Below, one piece after another: positions 25,078 through 37,407 of a DNA stretch of 64,000 bases (position 1 is its first letter; each line of letters opens with the position of its first letter). The DNA lies in NCBI GenBank assembly GCA_028534125.1, contig CM052832.1, forward strand, positions 17,176,001 to 17,240,000. The letters run 5' to 3'. The notes under the pieces are model-generated. The model was not told where the DNA came from, made no database searches, and saw only the letters and a program-made list of their open reading frames with translations. The position numbers and the translations under genes are program-made. Source of the DNA: Lama glama. Lineage: Eukaryota.

Positions 25078-26022
25078 ATGTGGATCAACAATCAGAGCTC
25101 ACTAGATGATTTTATCTTATTGGGATTCTCTGATCGCCCCTGGCTGGAGACACCACTCTTTGTAATCTTTCTGGTGGCTTACATCTTTGCTCTATTTGGA
25201 AATATCTCCATTATCCTAGTTTCCCGCTTGGATCCACAGCTTGACAGTCCCATGTACTTTTTTGTCTCTAATCTATCCTTCCTGGATCTCTGCTATACTA
25301 CCAGCACTGTCCCACAGATGCTAGTCAATCTCAGGGGACCAGAAAAGACCATTAGCTATGGTGGTTGTGTTGCCCAACTTTACATTTTCTTGGCCTTGGG
25401 TTCTACTGAATGCATACTTCTAGCCATCATGGCCTTCGATCGTTACGCTGCTATTTGCAAGCCTCTTCACTACCCAGTCATCATGAACCAGAGGCGCTGT
25501 ATCCACATGGCCACTGGGACCTGGATAAGTGGCTTTGCTAACTCCCTTGTGCAGTCCACTCTCACCGTGTTGACCCCCAGATGCAGACAGCGGGTGATGG
25601 ACCACTTCTTCTGTGAAGTTCCTGCTCTTTTGAAACTAGCTTGTACTGATACTCATGTGAATGAAACTGAGCTCAATGTGCTAGGGGCGTTGCTACTTCT
25701 GGTGCCCCTCGCCCTCATCCTGGGCACTTATGTGTTCATTGGTCAGGCAGTAATGAGAATTCGCTCTTCTGAAAGTCGCTGGAAGGCCTTTAATACTTGT
25801 GCTTCACATTTGCTGGTGGTCTTCCTCTTCTACTTTACAGCCATCAGTATGTATGTCCAGCCTCCCTCTAGTTACTCCCGTGACAGGGGGAAGATCATGG
25901 CTCTCTTCTATGGAATTGTCACCCCTACCCTCAATCCCTTTATCTACACACTGAGGAACAAGGATGTGAAAGCTGCCCTTAGAAGGGCACTGACTAAAGA
26001 ATTTTGGGTCAAGACAAGATGA
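25078..26022 (+). CDS. Olfactory receptor family 2 (OR2B4-like; resembles recalled mouse Olfr124/MOR256-3/SR1), intact, 314 aa
   Basis: NQS sequon, LDSPMYFFV, MAFDRYAAICKPLHY, DHFFCE...[32 protein letters not shown]. The subfamily call is from memory only. Confidence 0.97.
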   Translation: MWINNQSSLDDFILLGFSDRPWLETPLFVIFLVAYIFALFGNISIILVSRLDPQLDSPMYFFVSNLSFLDLCYTTSTVPQMLVNLRGPEKTISYGGCVAQLYIFLALGSTECILLAIMAFDRYAAICKPLHYPVIMNQRRCIHMATGTWISGFANSLVQSTLTVLTPRCRQRVMDHFFCEVPALLKLACTDTHVNETELNVLGALLLLVPLALILGTYVFIGQAVMRIRSSESRWKAFNTCASHLLVVFLFYFTAISMYVQPPSSYSRDRGKIMALFYGIVTPTLNPFIYTLRNKDVKAALRRALTKEFWVKTR

Positions 26023-26666
26023 TCTCTGAAAAGAAGACCTAAGAAATAAAGATGGATGTGTTTGCCTTTTAAATAATGTCAGACATGGAAGTGATGAGAG
26101 AACACTGTCATAAGGTGTCATAAAGTTCACAAGTGGAATCAGACAAGAAAGAAACAATCAACTCTTGGTGATCTCTAGGCAGCACTTCATCTATTTTACA
26201 GTATTGCATCTTACCAAGTCATATCACTTTTTCTCCTAACCCTAACTACGAGTTAACTTAGTTTCAGGGGGGAAACTGGTGTAAGAGCTATAGAAAATAT
26301 ATTTAGAAAGTTTAGAAAATATATTTAGCATAAATTATTTCTAAATGAATCCCAAGTAAATTGGAAATAATCCCATCTTTTTTAAAAATGCCACTACTAC
26401 CTGCCTTAACTTTAACCAACATACATTGACAGCATTTAGTCATCTTCTAACATTCAATGTCCAAAGATTTTTTTAAGGCCTCAGAGGCAAATGAAATCAA
26501 GAGACATTTAGGTCAAAAGCATATAAGATAGATGATTTTATATCTATGCAAAGGAAAATACATTAAAAAATTTAGAGACAGTGATTTTAAATATAAATTG
26601 CTTTTGCCATAAACCTTAATCAATCTTATGCTGTTATGATGAGCAACAATGAGGTCACGACCAATC

Positions 26667-27166
26667 NNNNNNNNNNNNNNNNNNNNNNNNNNNNNNNNNN
26701 NNNNNNNNNNNNNNNNNNNNNNNNNNNNNNNNNNNNNNNNNNNNNNNNNNNNNNNNNNNNNNNNNNNNNNNNNNNNNNNNNNNNNNNNNNNNNNNNNNNN
26801 NNNNNNNNNNNNNNNNNNNNNNNNNNNNNNNNNNNNNNNNNNNNNNNNNNNNNNNNNNNNNNNNNNNNNNNNNNNNNNNNNNNNNNNNNNNNNNNNNNNN
26901 NNNNNNNNNNNNNNNNNNNNNNNNNNNNNNNNNNNNNNNNNNNNNNNNNNNNNNNNNNNNNNNNNNNNNNNNNNNNNNNNNNNNNNNNNNNNNNNNNNNN
27001 NNNNNNNNNNNNNNNNNNNNNNNNNNNNNNNNNNNNNNNNNNNNNNNNNNNNNNNNNNNNNNNNNNNNNNNNNNNNNNNNNNNNNNNNNNNNNNNNNNNN
27101 NNNNNNNNNNNNNNNNNNNNNNNNNNNNNNNNNNNNNNNNNNNNNNNNNNNNNNNNNNNNNNNNNN
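26667..27166. other. Assembly gap (500 N)
   Basis: Run of exactly 500 N. Confidence 1.
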
Positions 27167-27689
27167 TTTTGCAGTATTATAATATGAAATGATTGAAATA
27201 TAAGCCACTTTTTCTTTGTTTCTGCCATAATACTGAGAACACAGTTTCCAGTAAATGGAAGTCAAGTCAATGGTTTGTAGGAGATATTGGTTGCCTGAAA
27301 GGTGTGGGAAATAAGAGGACTCTACTTAGCACCTATTTAAAAATTTTTGCTACCTGTGTGTTTTTCACATCTTCTAGTCACTCCCACATTTTGTATGGCA
27401 CTGGTGACAGCTCATTCATCACTTCCTCTTTTATATTTTCAGAAAAATGAATTTAACTCATTGACAAACATATGTTTGTTCCACTATCACCCTAACTGTT
27501 TCCCTATTTATATATCTTCTACAAATGAAAAGAAAACCTTAAATACTACTAATTCCTTTTTTTGCTTAAAAAATTCCACTGACTTTTTTTTTCTTTTTTT
27601 GGTAAGGAGATATAAGGGGCAAATATTCATTTGAAAGGTAATGATAGTGACTTTTGGAAACACTGAAAACACTTGACATTTATTTCAAG

Positions 27690-28300
27690 ATTCCCAGGAA
27701 ATAAATTGAATTCTCTGGTTATTTCATGTGATGCAAGCCAGAGGCAGGATATGTATGAAATGATCTTGAGAGACCCTTCCCACTCATGGTAATGTGATTC
27801 CCCGCAGTAGACATTACTTACGTTTGTTTCCTAAGTGTTAGAGAGAGATCCATGCCTTTCTTTGTGCCATATTTCAAAGCACGTCTGGTCCAAACAGAGA
27901 CTGATGAAGCAATGACTTTTTGAGCTTTCAACCCTTGTGACACTCTTATTCAACTCCCTTTCTGCCCATAGATTGAGAATGAAATTAGCATGTGACCTGG
28001 ACAGCATTAAAAAATATAAATTGAAAAACTCTCTATGATGAAGTAGAAGTGTATTGTAGATACTGTCTTAAGTCTCTGAGGCATGTTTTATTAACGCTTG
28101 ACTTTTCTCCCCAGGTTCCTAATGCACTTTACAATGAGAAGCTGATTGTACAGGTATCAGCAACATTGGTAGAGTCATGGAAAAAGGGTTAAAGGGCTTA
28201 CTATTCATACAATGCTGTGTCCTCTATTTTAGCCCTAGGGATCTGAGAGTCCCTGAAGTTTAATTGGTCATTGTGTCCAGAGAGGAAATAACTGAACTCT
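27690..28300. promoter_or_regulatory. Candidate OR promoter/enhancer (O/E + homeodomain cluster)
   Basis: TTCCCAGGAA (27691), palindromic CCCTAGGG (28233-28240), and TCCCTGAAG (28250-28258) followed after 2 nt by TAATTGG (28261). Confidence 0.4.
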
Positions 28301-29419
28301 ATTCCCAACTGCTCTGGTAACATAGTAGTGGCACACAGGTGGTTTTCAAATTTTAAAACTAAGTTGATGGTAATAGTCATGAGACATAAATAATGAAAAA
28401 CATGTTTAGAGTTGTTTATCAGGAGAGCACAAAGCTAAAGGAATTTATAGCCCCAAGTTCTTTTAAATGGCCTCAGAGGTCAGGGAATTAGTCCACTGAT
28501 GGTGTATAAGGAAAAATAGTAATTCTACTGTTCATTGGTTTTTGTAATGAATATTTTTGGACTAAGCCTACTAGAGATCTACAGGTTAAAAACCCTATAA
28601 CATATAAATTAACACATTGAAGTTTAAATTCAGTATGAATTCACTGAGACAGAACTAGTAGAAATGCTATGGAATTGGAACAGGAATAGTTTTAGAAAAT
28701 TAATTGAATTATGCAATTTATAACTTACATGTGCTCACGTAATATTTTTGGTAAATTAAAATTGAAAGTGACTTCAGCATCAGCATAGATATAATCAAAA
28801 AGAAAATCCTTTGTTAGCTCACTTTACCACTGAGCTGTTACCTTCCCCCCATAATGCATTTTTATAAATTGTAAAATCATATATGTAGAACGTAATCATT
28901 GTATAATTTATAGCATTTTCTTAACACATGATTTTGTAGCCATATAATAGTCTTTTATAAGTTAATAATTTAACTTATAATCTATGTATATAATTTATAT
29001 ATACATACCTCCCCAGTTTTTAACTATTAAATATTTGCATTTTCTGAATTATCATTTTATACTACGTATCATTCAGAATAACTTTTTCTCAATATGTGAT
29101 CTTCTTTGGACTATTTATCAGGATGAAATCAGCCAATTAAAAAGTATTACTGTATGTAATATGTATTCTTTTGGCTTTCAAAATAATGTAACTGGTTGGA
29201 CTTGAATTATACCAGAAGAGCAATTTTAGAGGGAGATAATAGAAGAGAAATACAGAATAAAATCCCACAAGTGTATCACTGAAAAAATACATATGTATAT
29301 TTTTAGATATTTATATTTTTGTTCTTTTGGTTCCCCTTTTGTCCTGCCAGTTTTGATAGTGAATACTGAATTATCCTCATGACTATAAAGTTGCTTTTAA
29401 AGTTTCTTATTTGTTTCCT

Positions 29420-29733
29420 TTGCAATCCTAAAGGATGCATGGGTGGCAGTCCCTGTCACATCTCCATTTTCCTCACCACTCAGTCCACTGAAAAAATCAG
29501 ATAGATCTTGGAAGATGACAAGAGATTACCACAATTCAGACAAGTGTTAGTCCCAGTTGAATCAGCTGGGCCAGATGTGTGTCTTTGTTGAGCATATTAA
29601 CATGATATTGGGTGTATGGTGTGCAGTCCTTGATCTGGTGAATGTGTTCTTTTTCACCCCTTGCAAGAAAGTAGATCAGAAAGAATTTATATTCACTTGG
29701 AGCTGACAATGGTATCCAGTGTCCCAGGGATAT
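29420..29733 (+). mobile_element. Degenerate ERV-L reverse transcriptase fragment
   Basis: Translates, with a frameshift and a stop, to VAVPVTSPFSSPLSPLKKSDRSWKMTRDYH...WCAVLDLVNVFFFTPCKKVDQKEFIFTWS*QW...SQGY. This matches the ERV-L RT pattern SPFNSP..V.K.DGSWRMTVDY...DLANAFF.IP....QKQFAF.W....LPQGY. Confidence 0.8.
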
Positions 29734-32700
29734 TTTTTTGTTTTTTTACTTTCTGTTTTTACAAATTTTTTTTTATTGAAGTATAGTCAGTTTGCAATGT
29801 TGTGTCAATTTCTGGTGTACAGCACAGTACTTCAGTCATATAGGGACATATATATATTCATTTTCATATTCTCTTTTACCATAAGTTACTACAAGATATT
29901 GAATATAGTTCCCTGTGCTATACAGCATAAACTTGTTTATCTATTTTTTATATATTAGTATCTGCAAATCTCGAACTCCCAATTTATTCCTTCCCACCCC
30001 CTTCCCCCACTAATAAACATGAGTTTGTTTTCTATGTCCGTGAGTCTGTTTCTGCTTTGTAAAGAAGTCTGTCTTTTTTTTTTTTAGATTCCGCATATAA
30101 ATGATATATGGTATTTTTCTTTTCTTTCTGGCTTACTTCACTTAGAATGACAATCTCCAGCTCCATCAAATGGCATTATTTTATTATTTTTTATGGCTGA
30201 ATAGTATTCCATTGTTTAAATATACTACAACTTCTTTATCTAGTCATCTGTCGATGGACATTTAGGTTGTTTCCATGTCTTGGCTATTGTAAATAGTGCT
30301 ATCAACATTGGAGTGCATGTGTCTTTTTGAATTAAGGTTCCCTCCAGATGCCCAGGAGTGGGATTGCTGGATCACATGGTAAGTCTATTTTTAGTTTTTT
30401 GAGGAATCTCCATACTGTTTTCCATAATGGCTGCACCGAACTACATTCCCACCAGCAGTGTAGATGGGTTCCCTTTTCTCTACACCCTCTCCAGCATTTA
30501 CTGTTTGTGGACTTTTGAATGATGGCCATTCTGACTGGTGTGAGGTGATACCTCATTGTAGTTTTGATTTGCATTTCTTTGATAATTAGCTATACTGATA
30601 ATTAGCAATACTGAGCATTTTTTCATGTGCCTATTTGCCATTTGTATGTCTTCACTGGAGAATTGCTTGTTTAGGTCTTCTGCTCATTTTTGGATTGAGT
30701 TGTTTGTTTCTGTTGTTGTTGTTATTAAGTTGTATGAGCTGTTTATATGCAGCTGTCCAGTCTTCCCAACACTGTTTGCTGAAGAGACTGTCTTTACTCC
30801 ATTGTATGTTCTTGCCTCCTTTGTCAAAGATTAATTGTCCAAAAGTTTGTGGGTTTATTTCTGGCTTCTCTATTCTGTTCCATTGATCCATATGTCTGTT
30901 TTTGTACCAATATCATGCTGTTTTGATGACTGTAGATCTGTAGTATTGTCTTAAGTCTGGGAGGTTTATTCCTCCAGCTTCATTCTTTTTTTTAGTATTG
31001 CTTTGGCAACTTTGTGATTCCATATAAATTTTAGGATTATTTGTTCTAGTTCTGTGAAAAGTGTCCTGGGTAATTTGATAGGGATCACATTAAATCTATA
31101 GATTGCTTTAGATAGTATGGCCATTTTAACAATATTAATTTTTCCAATCCAAGAGCATGGGATATCTTTCCATTTCTTTAAATCATCTTTAACTTCTTTT
31201 ATCAATGTTCTGTAGTTCTCAGCCTATAAGTCTTTCACCTCCTTGATCAGATTTATTCCTAAGTATTTAATTTTTTTTGGATGCAATTTTAAAAGGGATT
31301 GTTTCTTTACTTTCTTTTTCTGACATTTCATTGTTAGTGTAAAGAAATACAATTGACTTCTGTATGTTAATCTTGTATCCTGCTACCTTGTTGAATTCTT
31401 TTATCAGCTCTAGTAGTTTTTGTTGGAGCCTTTGGGATTTTCTATATATAGTATCATGTCATCTGCATATAATGACAATTTTACCTCTTCTCTTCCAATT
31501 TGGATCCCTTTTCTTTCTTTTTCTTGTCTGGTTGCTGTGTCTAGGACTTCCAATACTAGGTTGGATAGAAGTGATGAGAGTGGGCATTCTTTTCATGTTC
31601 CAGATTTTGGCAGGAAGGCTTTCAGCTTTTCAACCTTGAGTATTATGTTGGCTGTGGGTTTATCATTAATAGCTTTTATTATGTTCAAGTATGTTCCCTG
31701 TATACCCACTTTGGCAAGAGTTTATCATGAATGGATGTTGAATTTTATCAAATACTTTTTCTGCGTCTATTGAGATGATCATGTGGTTTTTGTCTTTTCT
31801 TTTGTTGATGTGGTATATCACATTGGTTTATTTGCATATATTGAACCATCTTTGTGACCCTGGGATGAATCCAACTTGATCATGGTGTATAATCTTTTTA
31901 ATGTGTTGTTGGATTTGGTTTGCTATTATTTTGTTGAGAGTTTTTGCATGTATATTTATCAAAGATATTGGCCTTTTATTTTCTTTGTTGGTTTGTCTTT
32001 GTCTGATTTTGGCATCAGGGTGATGGTGGCTTCATAGAATGACTTTCAGAGTGTTCCTTCTTCTTCAGTCTTTTGGAAGACTTTGAGAAGGATTGGTTTA
32101 AGTTCTTTTGTGTATGTTTGTTAAAATTCCCCAGTGAAGCCATTTGGTCCCTGACTTTTGTTTGCAGGGATTTTTAAAAAAAAATTACAGTTTCTTTTCC
32201 ACTTCTAGCAGTTGGCCTGTTCAGTTATCTGTTTCTTCTTGATTCAGTTTTGGTGGGCTGTATGTTTCTAGAGCCTTATCTATTTCTTCTAGGTTATCCA
32301 TTTGTTGGCATGTAAGTGTTCATGATTCTGTCTTTTTTATTTCTGTATTTCTGTGGTATTGGTTGTTATTTCTCCAGTTTCATTTCTTATTTTATTTATT
32401 TGTGTCCTCTCTCTTTTTTTCTTGGTGAGCTTAGCCAGAGGTGTCAATTTCATTTATCCTTTCAAAGAACCAGTTCTTGGTTTTATTTATTTTTTACTAT
32501 TTTTAAAAATCTTCATTTCATTTACTTCCTCTCTGATCTTCACTATTTCCTTCCTTCCACTGGCTTAGGGTTTTGTTTGTTCTTCTTTTTTCTAATTCTT
32601 TGAAGTGATAGGTTACATTGTTTATTTGAGATTTTTCTTGTTTTTTGAGGAAGGTGTTATAGCTATGAACTTCCCTCTAAGAACTTCTTTTGCTGCAGCT

Positions 32701-33765
32701 CATATATTTTGTGTGTTTGTGTTTTCATTGTCATTTGTCTCAAGGTATTTTAAAATTTCTTCTTTGATTTCATTAACTCATTGGTTATTTAGTAGCATGT
32801 TATTTAATCTCCATGTAATAATTTTTTTCTTTTATCTCTTTCTGTGGTTGATTTCTAGTTTCATGTTGTTGTGGTCAGAAAACACGCTTGAAATAATTTC
32901 TATCCTCTTAAATTTGTTGAGGTTTGTTTTGTGTCCTAGTATATGTTCAATCTTAGAGAATGTTCAATGTGCATTTCAAAAGAATGTGTATTCTGGTTTT
33001 TTTGGATGTAATGTCCTGAAAATATCAATTAAATATAACTGTTGTATTGTATCACTTAGAATCTCTGTTGTCTTATTGATTTTCTGTCTGGAAGAACTGT
33101 CCATTGATGTAAGTGGGTATTAAAGTCTCCTACTGTTATTTTATTTCCATAAATTTCTCCCTTTATATCTGTTAATATTTGTTTTATGTATTTAGGTGCT
33201 CCTATATTGGGTACATATATGTTAATGAGTATAATATCCTCATCTTATATTGCTCCTTTTATCATTGTATAGTGTCCTTTTTTAATCTTTATGACCATTG
33301 TTTTAAAGTCTATTTTGTTTAATATGAGTATTGCTACCCCTGCTTTCTTGTCATTTCCACCTGCATGAAATTTGTTTTTCCATCCCCTCACTTTCAATCT
33401 GTGTGTCCTTCACCGTAATGTGGATCTTTTGTAGGCAGCATATTGTAGGCTCTTTTTTTTAAAGTCCAATCTGCCACTCTGTATCTTTGGATTGGAGCAT
33501 TTAGTCCATTGACATTTAAGGTAATTATTGAAAGATATGTATTTATTGCCATTTTAAACCTTATTTTCCAGTTGATTTTGTATTTCCTCTTTATTCATTT
33601 CTTTTTCTTTTTCCTTTTGTGGTTTGATAGTTTTCTTTTTTATTATGCTTGTGTTCTTTTCTTTTGGTTTTTGTGAATCTATTGTATGTTTCTGATTTGT
33701 AGTTATCCTATTTTTTCAAGTGTGTTAACCATTTACTGTATCTACTTGCTTTAGACTGGTAGTTC
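29734..33765 (-). mobile_element. 5'-truncated L1 (ORF2 RT/C-terminal part + 3' UTR) with an internal deletion near 30750
   Basis: Minus-strand ORFs [19 protein letters not shown]...[46 protein letters not shown]. Poly-T tail at the left end. ORF2 is broken by stops and frameshifts. Confidence 0.95.
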
Positions 33766-33829
33766 TCTGAAAGCATCTGCTATTGTCAACCCTGGTCTAT
33801 AGAGGACATTAAGCATATCAAAGATATTT

Positions 33830-35170
33830 TGCCTCTTTAACTAGTACATTTATTGCTCTCTTAATAGAGTGTCCTCTGGGACATCACAGGTAGTGTAGTT
33901 AGGTGATAGATTCTGTGCACATAATAAATATATTCCAACATTCCTAACTCTGATCCTTTTGACACTTCAGTGTTCTGTCAAGGGAGCTACAGCAACATTG
34001 CATTTACTGTAGATATAATTTTGTCAAATTTTTGGTAAGATGTCCCTGTAATATATTAGAACTGGATCCAGTATTCTTTTTCAGGAGTTGGGAGAGTGTT
34101 CTCATGTCTATAAACTTTCCCATATCCAGCTTTATATTCTACTCCTCTCCTAAGAGAGGTTCCTGATAATATGTGTTGGCCAGGTCCTGCAGATGTTATA
34201 ATAAGCTATTTTCTTTTATAGCAGGGTTATAGTTATTGCTCTGGAGGTGATGAGTTTAGGCAAGAAGAGATTGTGAGAAGGTCTGTATCATCTTGCAACG
34301 AACAATTTTACATGATCTCCAGGTAGGGGTGGCTTCTCTCCTTTATCAAGAGGGAGGAGACTGCTTCTATCAGTTTGGAAAGTTCAGAGAAATCTGGACA
34401 TTCAAGTTTTTGAGGTGCAATTGTACAGATATTCACCATCCTAGGTGTAAAGGTCTGACTTCTTCCCTTTTAGGATCTTGACTTTAATATAAACGGTCTA
34501 TTGAAATGTACATTTTATCTCCTTTGCAGTCCTGTGAGCCTTATAAGCAAGTCCTGGGTCTGATTTTCAACACTCTTTCCTAAGCAGGATATGAGAATTT
34601 CTTTAAATGATTCCACGGACGTTTACTTGCTTTTATAGCATTCCCTAGTTAGTGGTTCTCAAGATGTGCTCCCTGGACCTGTAACATCATCATCAACCAA
34701 CATCATCATCATCATTCAATCATTTTATAAATGCCAATTTGAGGCCTCACCCCAAACCTAGGGAATCATAAACTCTGGGTGTGGGGGCCAGAAATCTACA
34801 TTTTAATGAACAGTTAGAGAACCACAGCCCTAGGTAGATTATTGGCTGACTGACTAGAGCATGCTACTCTTTTTCTTCAAGGTTACCAAGATAGTCAATG
34901 AAAGCCAGCAAAGTTGACCATAGTCTAAGTATAATTATCCTCATATCTTCCAAGGGCTAGATGCACCATATACCCCAATGCTTCTCCTTCTACCTATACC
35001 TCATCACAAACCATGCAGGCAAGAATATTAGTAATATTGATGTTACAGCAAGCTAAGTGTTACCACTATTCCATTTACCCCTATCAAAGGAGGACTTGTG
35101 TTCTCACTGGTGAGTGATTTATTTTCCGAGTACTTGTCTGAGAGTCTGCTTTCTAGTGCCACTTCCAGTA
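33830..35170 (-). mobile_element. ERV-L internal region (leader/gag), degenerate
   Basis: Minus strand reads GAAGTGTCAAAAGGATCAGAGTTAGGAATGTTGGAATATATTTATT...CCCAGAGGACACTC, resembling ERV-L gag. PBS-like TGATACTGGAAGTGGCA sits next to the LTR at about 35157-35173. Confidence 0.6.
34648..34830. mobile_element. MER5A-like hAT MITE inserted in the ERV-L internal region
   Basis: Inverted termini AGTGGTTCTC...GAGAACCAC, internal GGCCTCACCCCA..CCTA..GAATCA.AAACTCTGGG, and CCCTAG flanks on both sides. Confidence 0.75.
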
Positions 35171-35174
35171 TCAG

Positions 35175-35690
35175 CTCTATTAAGGTCCTCCTGAAAGCAG
35201 AGACTGAGTAAAAAAATTATTAAGTTAAAATAACTGATTTGTGAAGGGATTTCAGGAATAATGAGTGAGGGAGCAGGAAGAATGAGAGAGACAAGAAAGA
35301 AATATAACATAATGTTATATTAGACAGGTTTTGCCATGGGAGCTCAGTTCTCCAGGGATCTCCTGAAACGCAAATAGGACTTTTTCACTGAAGGAAGGTT
35401 TGCTGGAACGCTTATCTGCAACTACTATCCTCCTTTGTTTGAAGGTTTCCCCTGGGGTTATTAAATCTCCTGCATTTCTGGGTGGCATTTGTCTGTGTGC
35501 CAAATGGACTCCCACAGTGTCAGATGAGGCCTTGGGGCAATCAGGAAAGACATATACAAAGTGCTTGAGTTAGGTAATTGTCAGTGTGTGTGAGATGAAT
35601 CTGAGTTCACACAGAACTGTCCGTTGCAGCTCTGCTGAAATCAGAAGTGGGCTATGGAGTTGAGATACACTTCACCAGAGGCATCTATTT
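35175..35690 (-). mobile_element. ERV-L LTR (LTR52-like)
   Basis: Minus strand begins AGATGCCTCTGGTG...CCCACTTCTGATTTCAGCAGAGCTGCAACGGACAGTTC, resembling the recalled LTR52 5' end. It adjoins the PBS-like site. Confidence 0.55.
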
Positions 35691-36566
35691 TAGAAGGTGA
35701 GATGTAAATATTATATCTGCATTTGTAACCATAGGAATTATGGTGCACCAGCTCTCAGCAAAAACTCCTCCATGTACTGTTCTGAGAGGCAGAGGAGGGG
35801 AGCTAAAGGAACATCATAGGGAAATTGATGTTTTTGAGAAAAAGACGATCTCAAAAGAAGAGGTGAAGAGAGTTCTTATATTTTGCATTATGAATATCAG
35901 CTAAACTAAGACTCTCTCTTCCCATCCAAGAATCTTTTGAGAATAGTTGCTCCAAGGGTAAAATACGTCTTGTCCAATGATTAGTGATTAGAAGGAAACA
36001 GAGATACAAGATCACTGAATTGATACATAGACATATAAATAGAAGTAGATCTATAGGCACTACTGTTAAAAAATTTAAAAAGGAAAACCAGGAAAGGATG
36101 AATAATCCTAACATACAAGGAATACAAACCAGATTTACTGAAAGTGAATGAATGCCACAGGGTGGAATAGGAGGCAGTTTGGTTTTGATAATGAAAAAAT
36201 CTACAAGACTCTGAGATTTTTTAACACATCAAACTTTGTTCTTCTACTGAAATATCAGACTCAGATTCATGACCAAAGGGCTAACATTTCAACTCTAGTT
36301 TGCAAAAATTCTATAGAAAATAAAGGAATAATGGCACAGAAAAAAGAATAGAGACTCAGAGAGCAATACGGATTTTCCAGTAAAGAGAATCTGAGTTAAA
36401 CACAAATATGAGACATGAGAGATCATGTGCGTATTAATGCCCTGCAAAATATTTGTGCTTCAGTGTTCTTTTAGATTAATATCCTGTACACATGAGAACT
36501 ACTGACTGAGAGAACTTCAAATAAATCTACTAGTGTGTGGATACAGTCACATATGATTCATGATAG

Positions 36567-37219
36567 TGTTAGAGGAGGCAGATAGCTAGATATGAGCAGA
36601 GAAAGGGGGACATACACGAAATGGCAGAAACTGGGCAGAAAGGAGAGGCATGGACCAAATGCAGTAAACCATACATCACATAAGCACCAGGGGTTCCTGG
36701 GCAGAGGAGGAAAAGCAGGAAACTCTGGGCTGATAAGTGGTCACACCTTTGGGGGTGATAAGTGGCCTGGAGGCCAACAAAGAAAGGTGGGAAAACGCAG
36801 GAATCTCCAGTGTCTGAATATAACCTTTTGCTCATTATGTTCTCATTTCAATAAAGTTAGTCTTGCAGATTAGAAGTACCCATCATGAACCGACACCATG
36901 GCACTTCCTATCCAGGCTAAATAAGGACAAAAATCCCTCCTCCCTTTGGGAAGGTGGAATTGGGATGAAAATCAGGGAATATGACCTCAGACCCTTCCCT
37001 CCCTAATGAATATTCTGCCCATTCATTTTTACACTCTGTGTAACCAACTTGCCAAAGAAACTTGGGGCAGCCACTTACCTGAGCCTGCCTGCTCTCCCCT
37101 TGAGAGTGTACTATCCATCCTTTAGTAAATTTTCACTTTATTTTTTACTACATCTTGTCTATGAATTCTTTCTGGGATAGGACAAGAACCTAGAACACTG
37201 GTTACATCCACTGGCAACA
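36567..37219 (+). mobile_element. Solo LTR (ERV1-type)
   Basis: TGTTAG...GGCAACA termini and a U5-like ATGAATTCTTTCTG...GACAAGAACC end. No clean TSD found. Confidence 0.65.
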
Positions 37220-37236
37220 ACAAGAAGGTAAATGTA

Positions 37237-37407
37237 TACTGTATAGCACAGGGAAATATATACAAGATCTTATGGTAGCTCAGAGAGAAAAAAATATGAC
37301 AATGAATATATATATGTTCATGTATAACTGAAAAATTGGGCTCTACACTGGAATTTGACACAACATTGTAAAATGATTATAAATCAATAAAAAATGTTTA
37401 AAAAAAA
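37237..37407 (+). mobile_element. Heavily 5'-truncated L1 (about 170 bp) with TSD
   Basis: TACTGTATAGCACAGGGAAATATAT...AATAAA...poly-A, flanked by TSD AAGGTAAATGTA (37225-37236 and 37408-37419). Confidence 0.9.

Noticed and set aside
32605..33123. 172-aa hydrophobic plus-strand ORF resembling a membrane protein
   Set aside because: It is the antisense reading of A-rich L1 ORF2.
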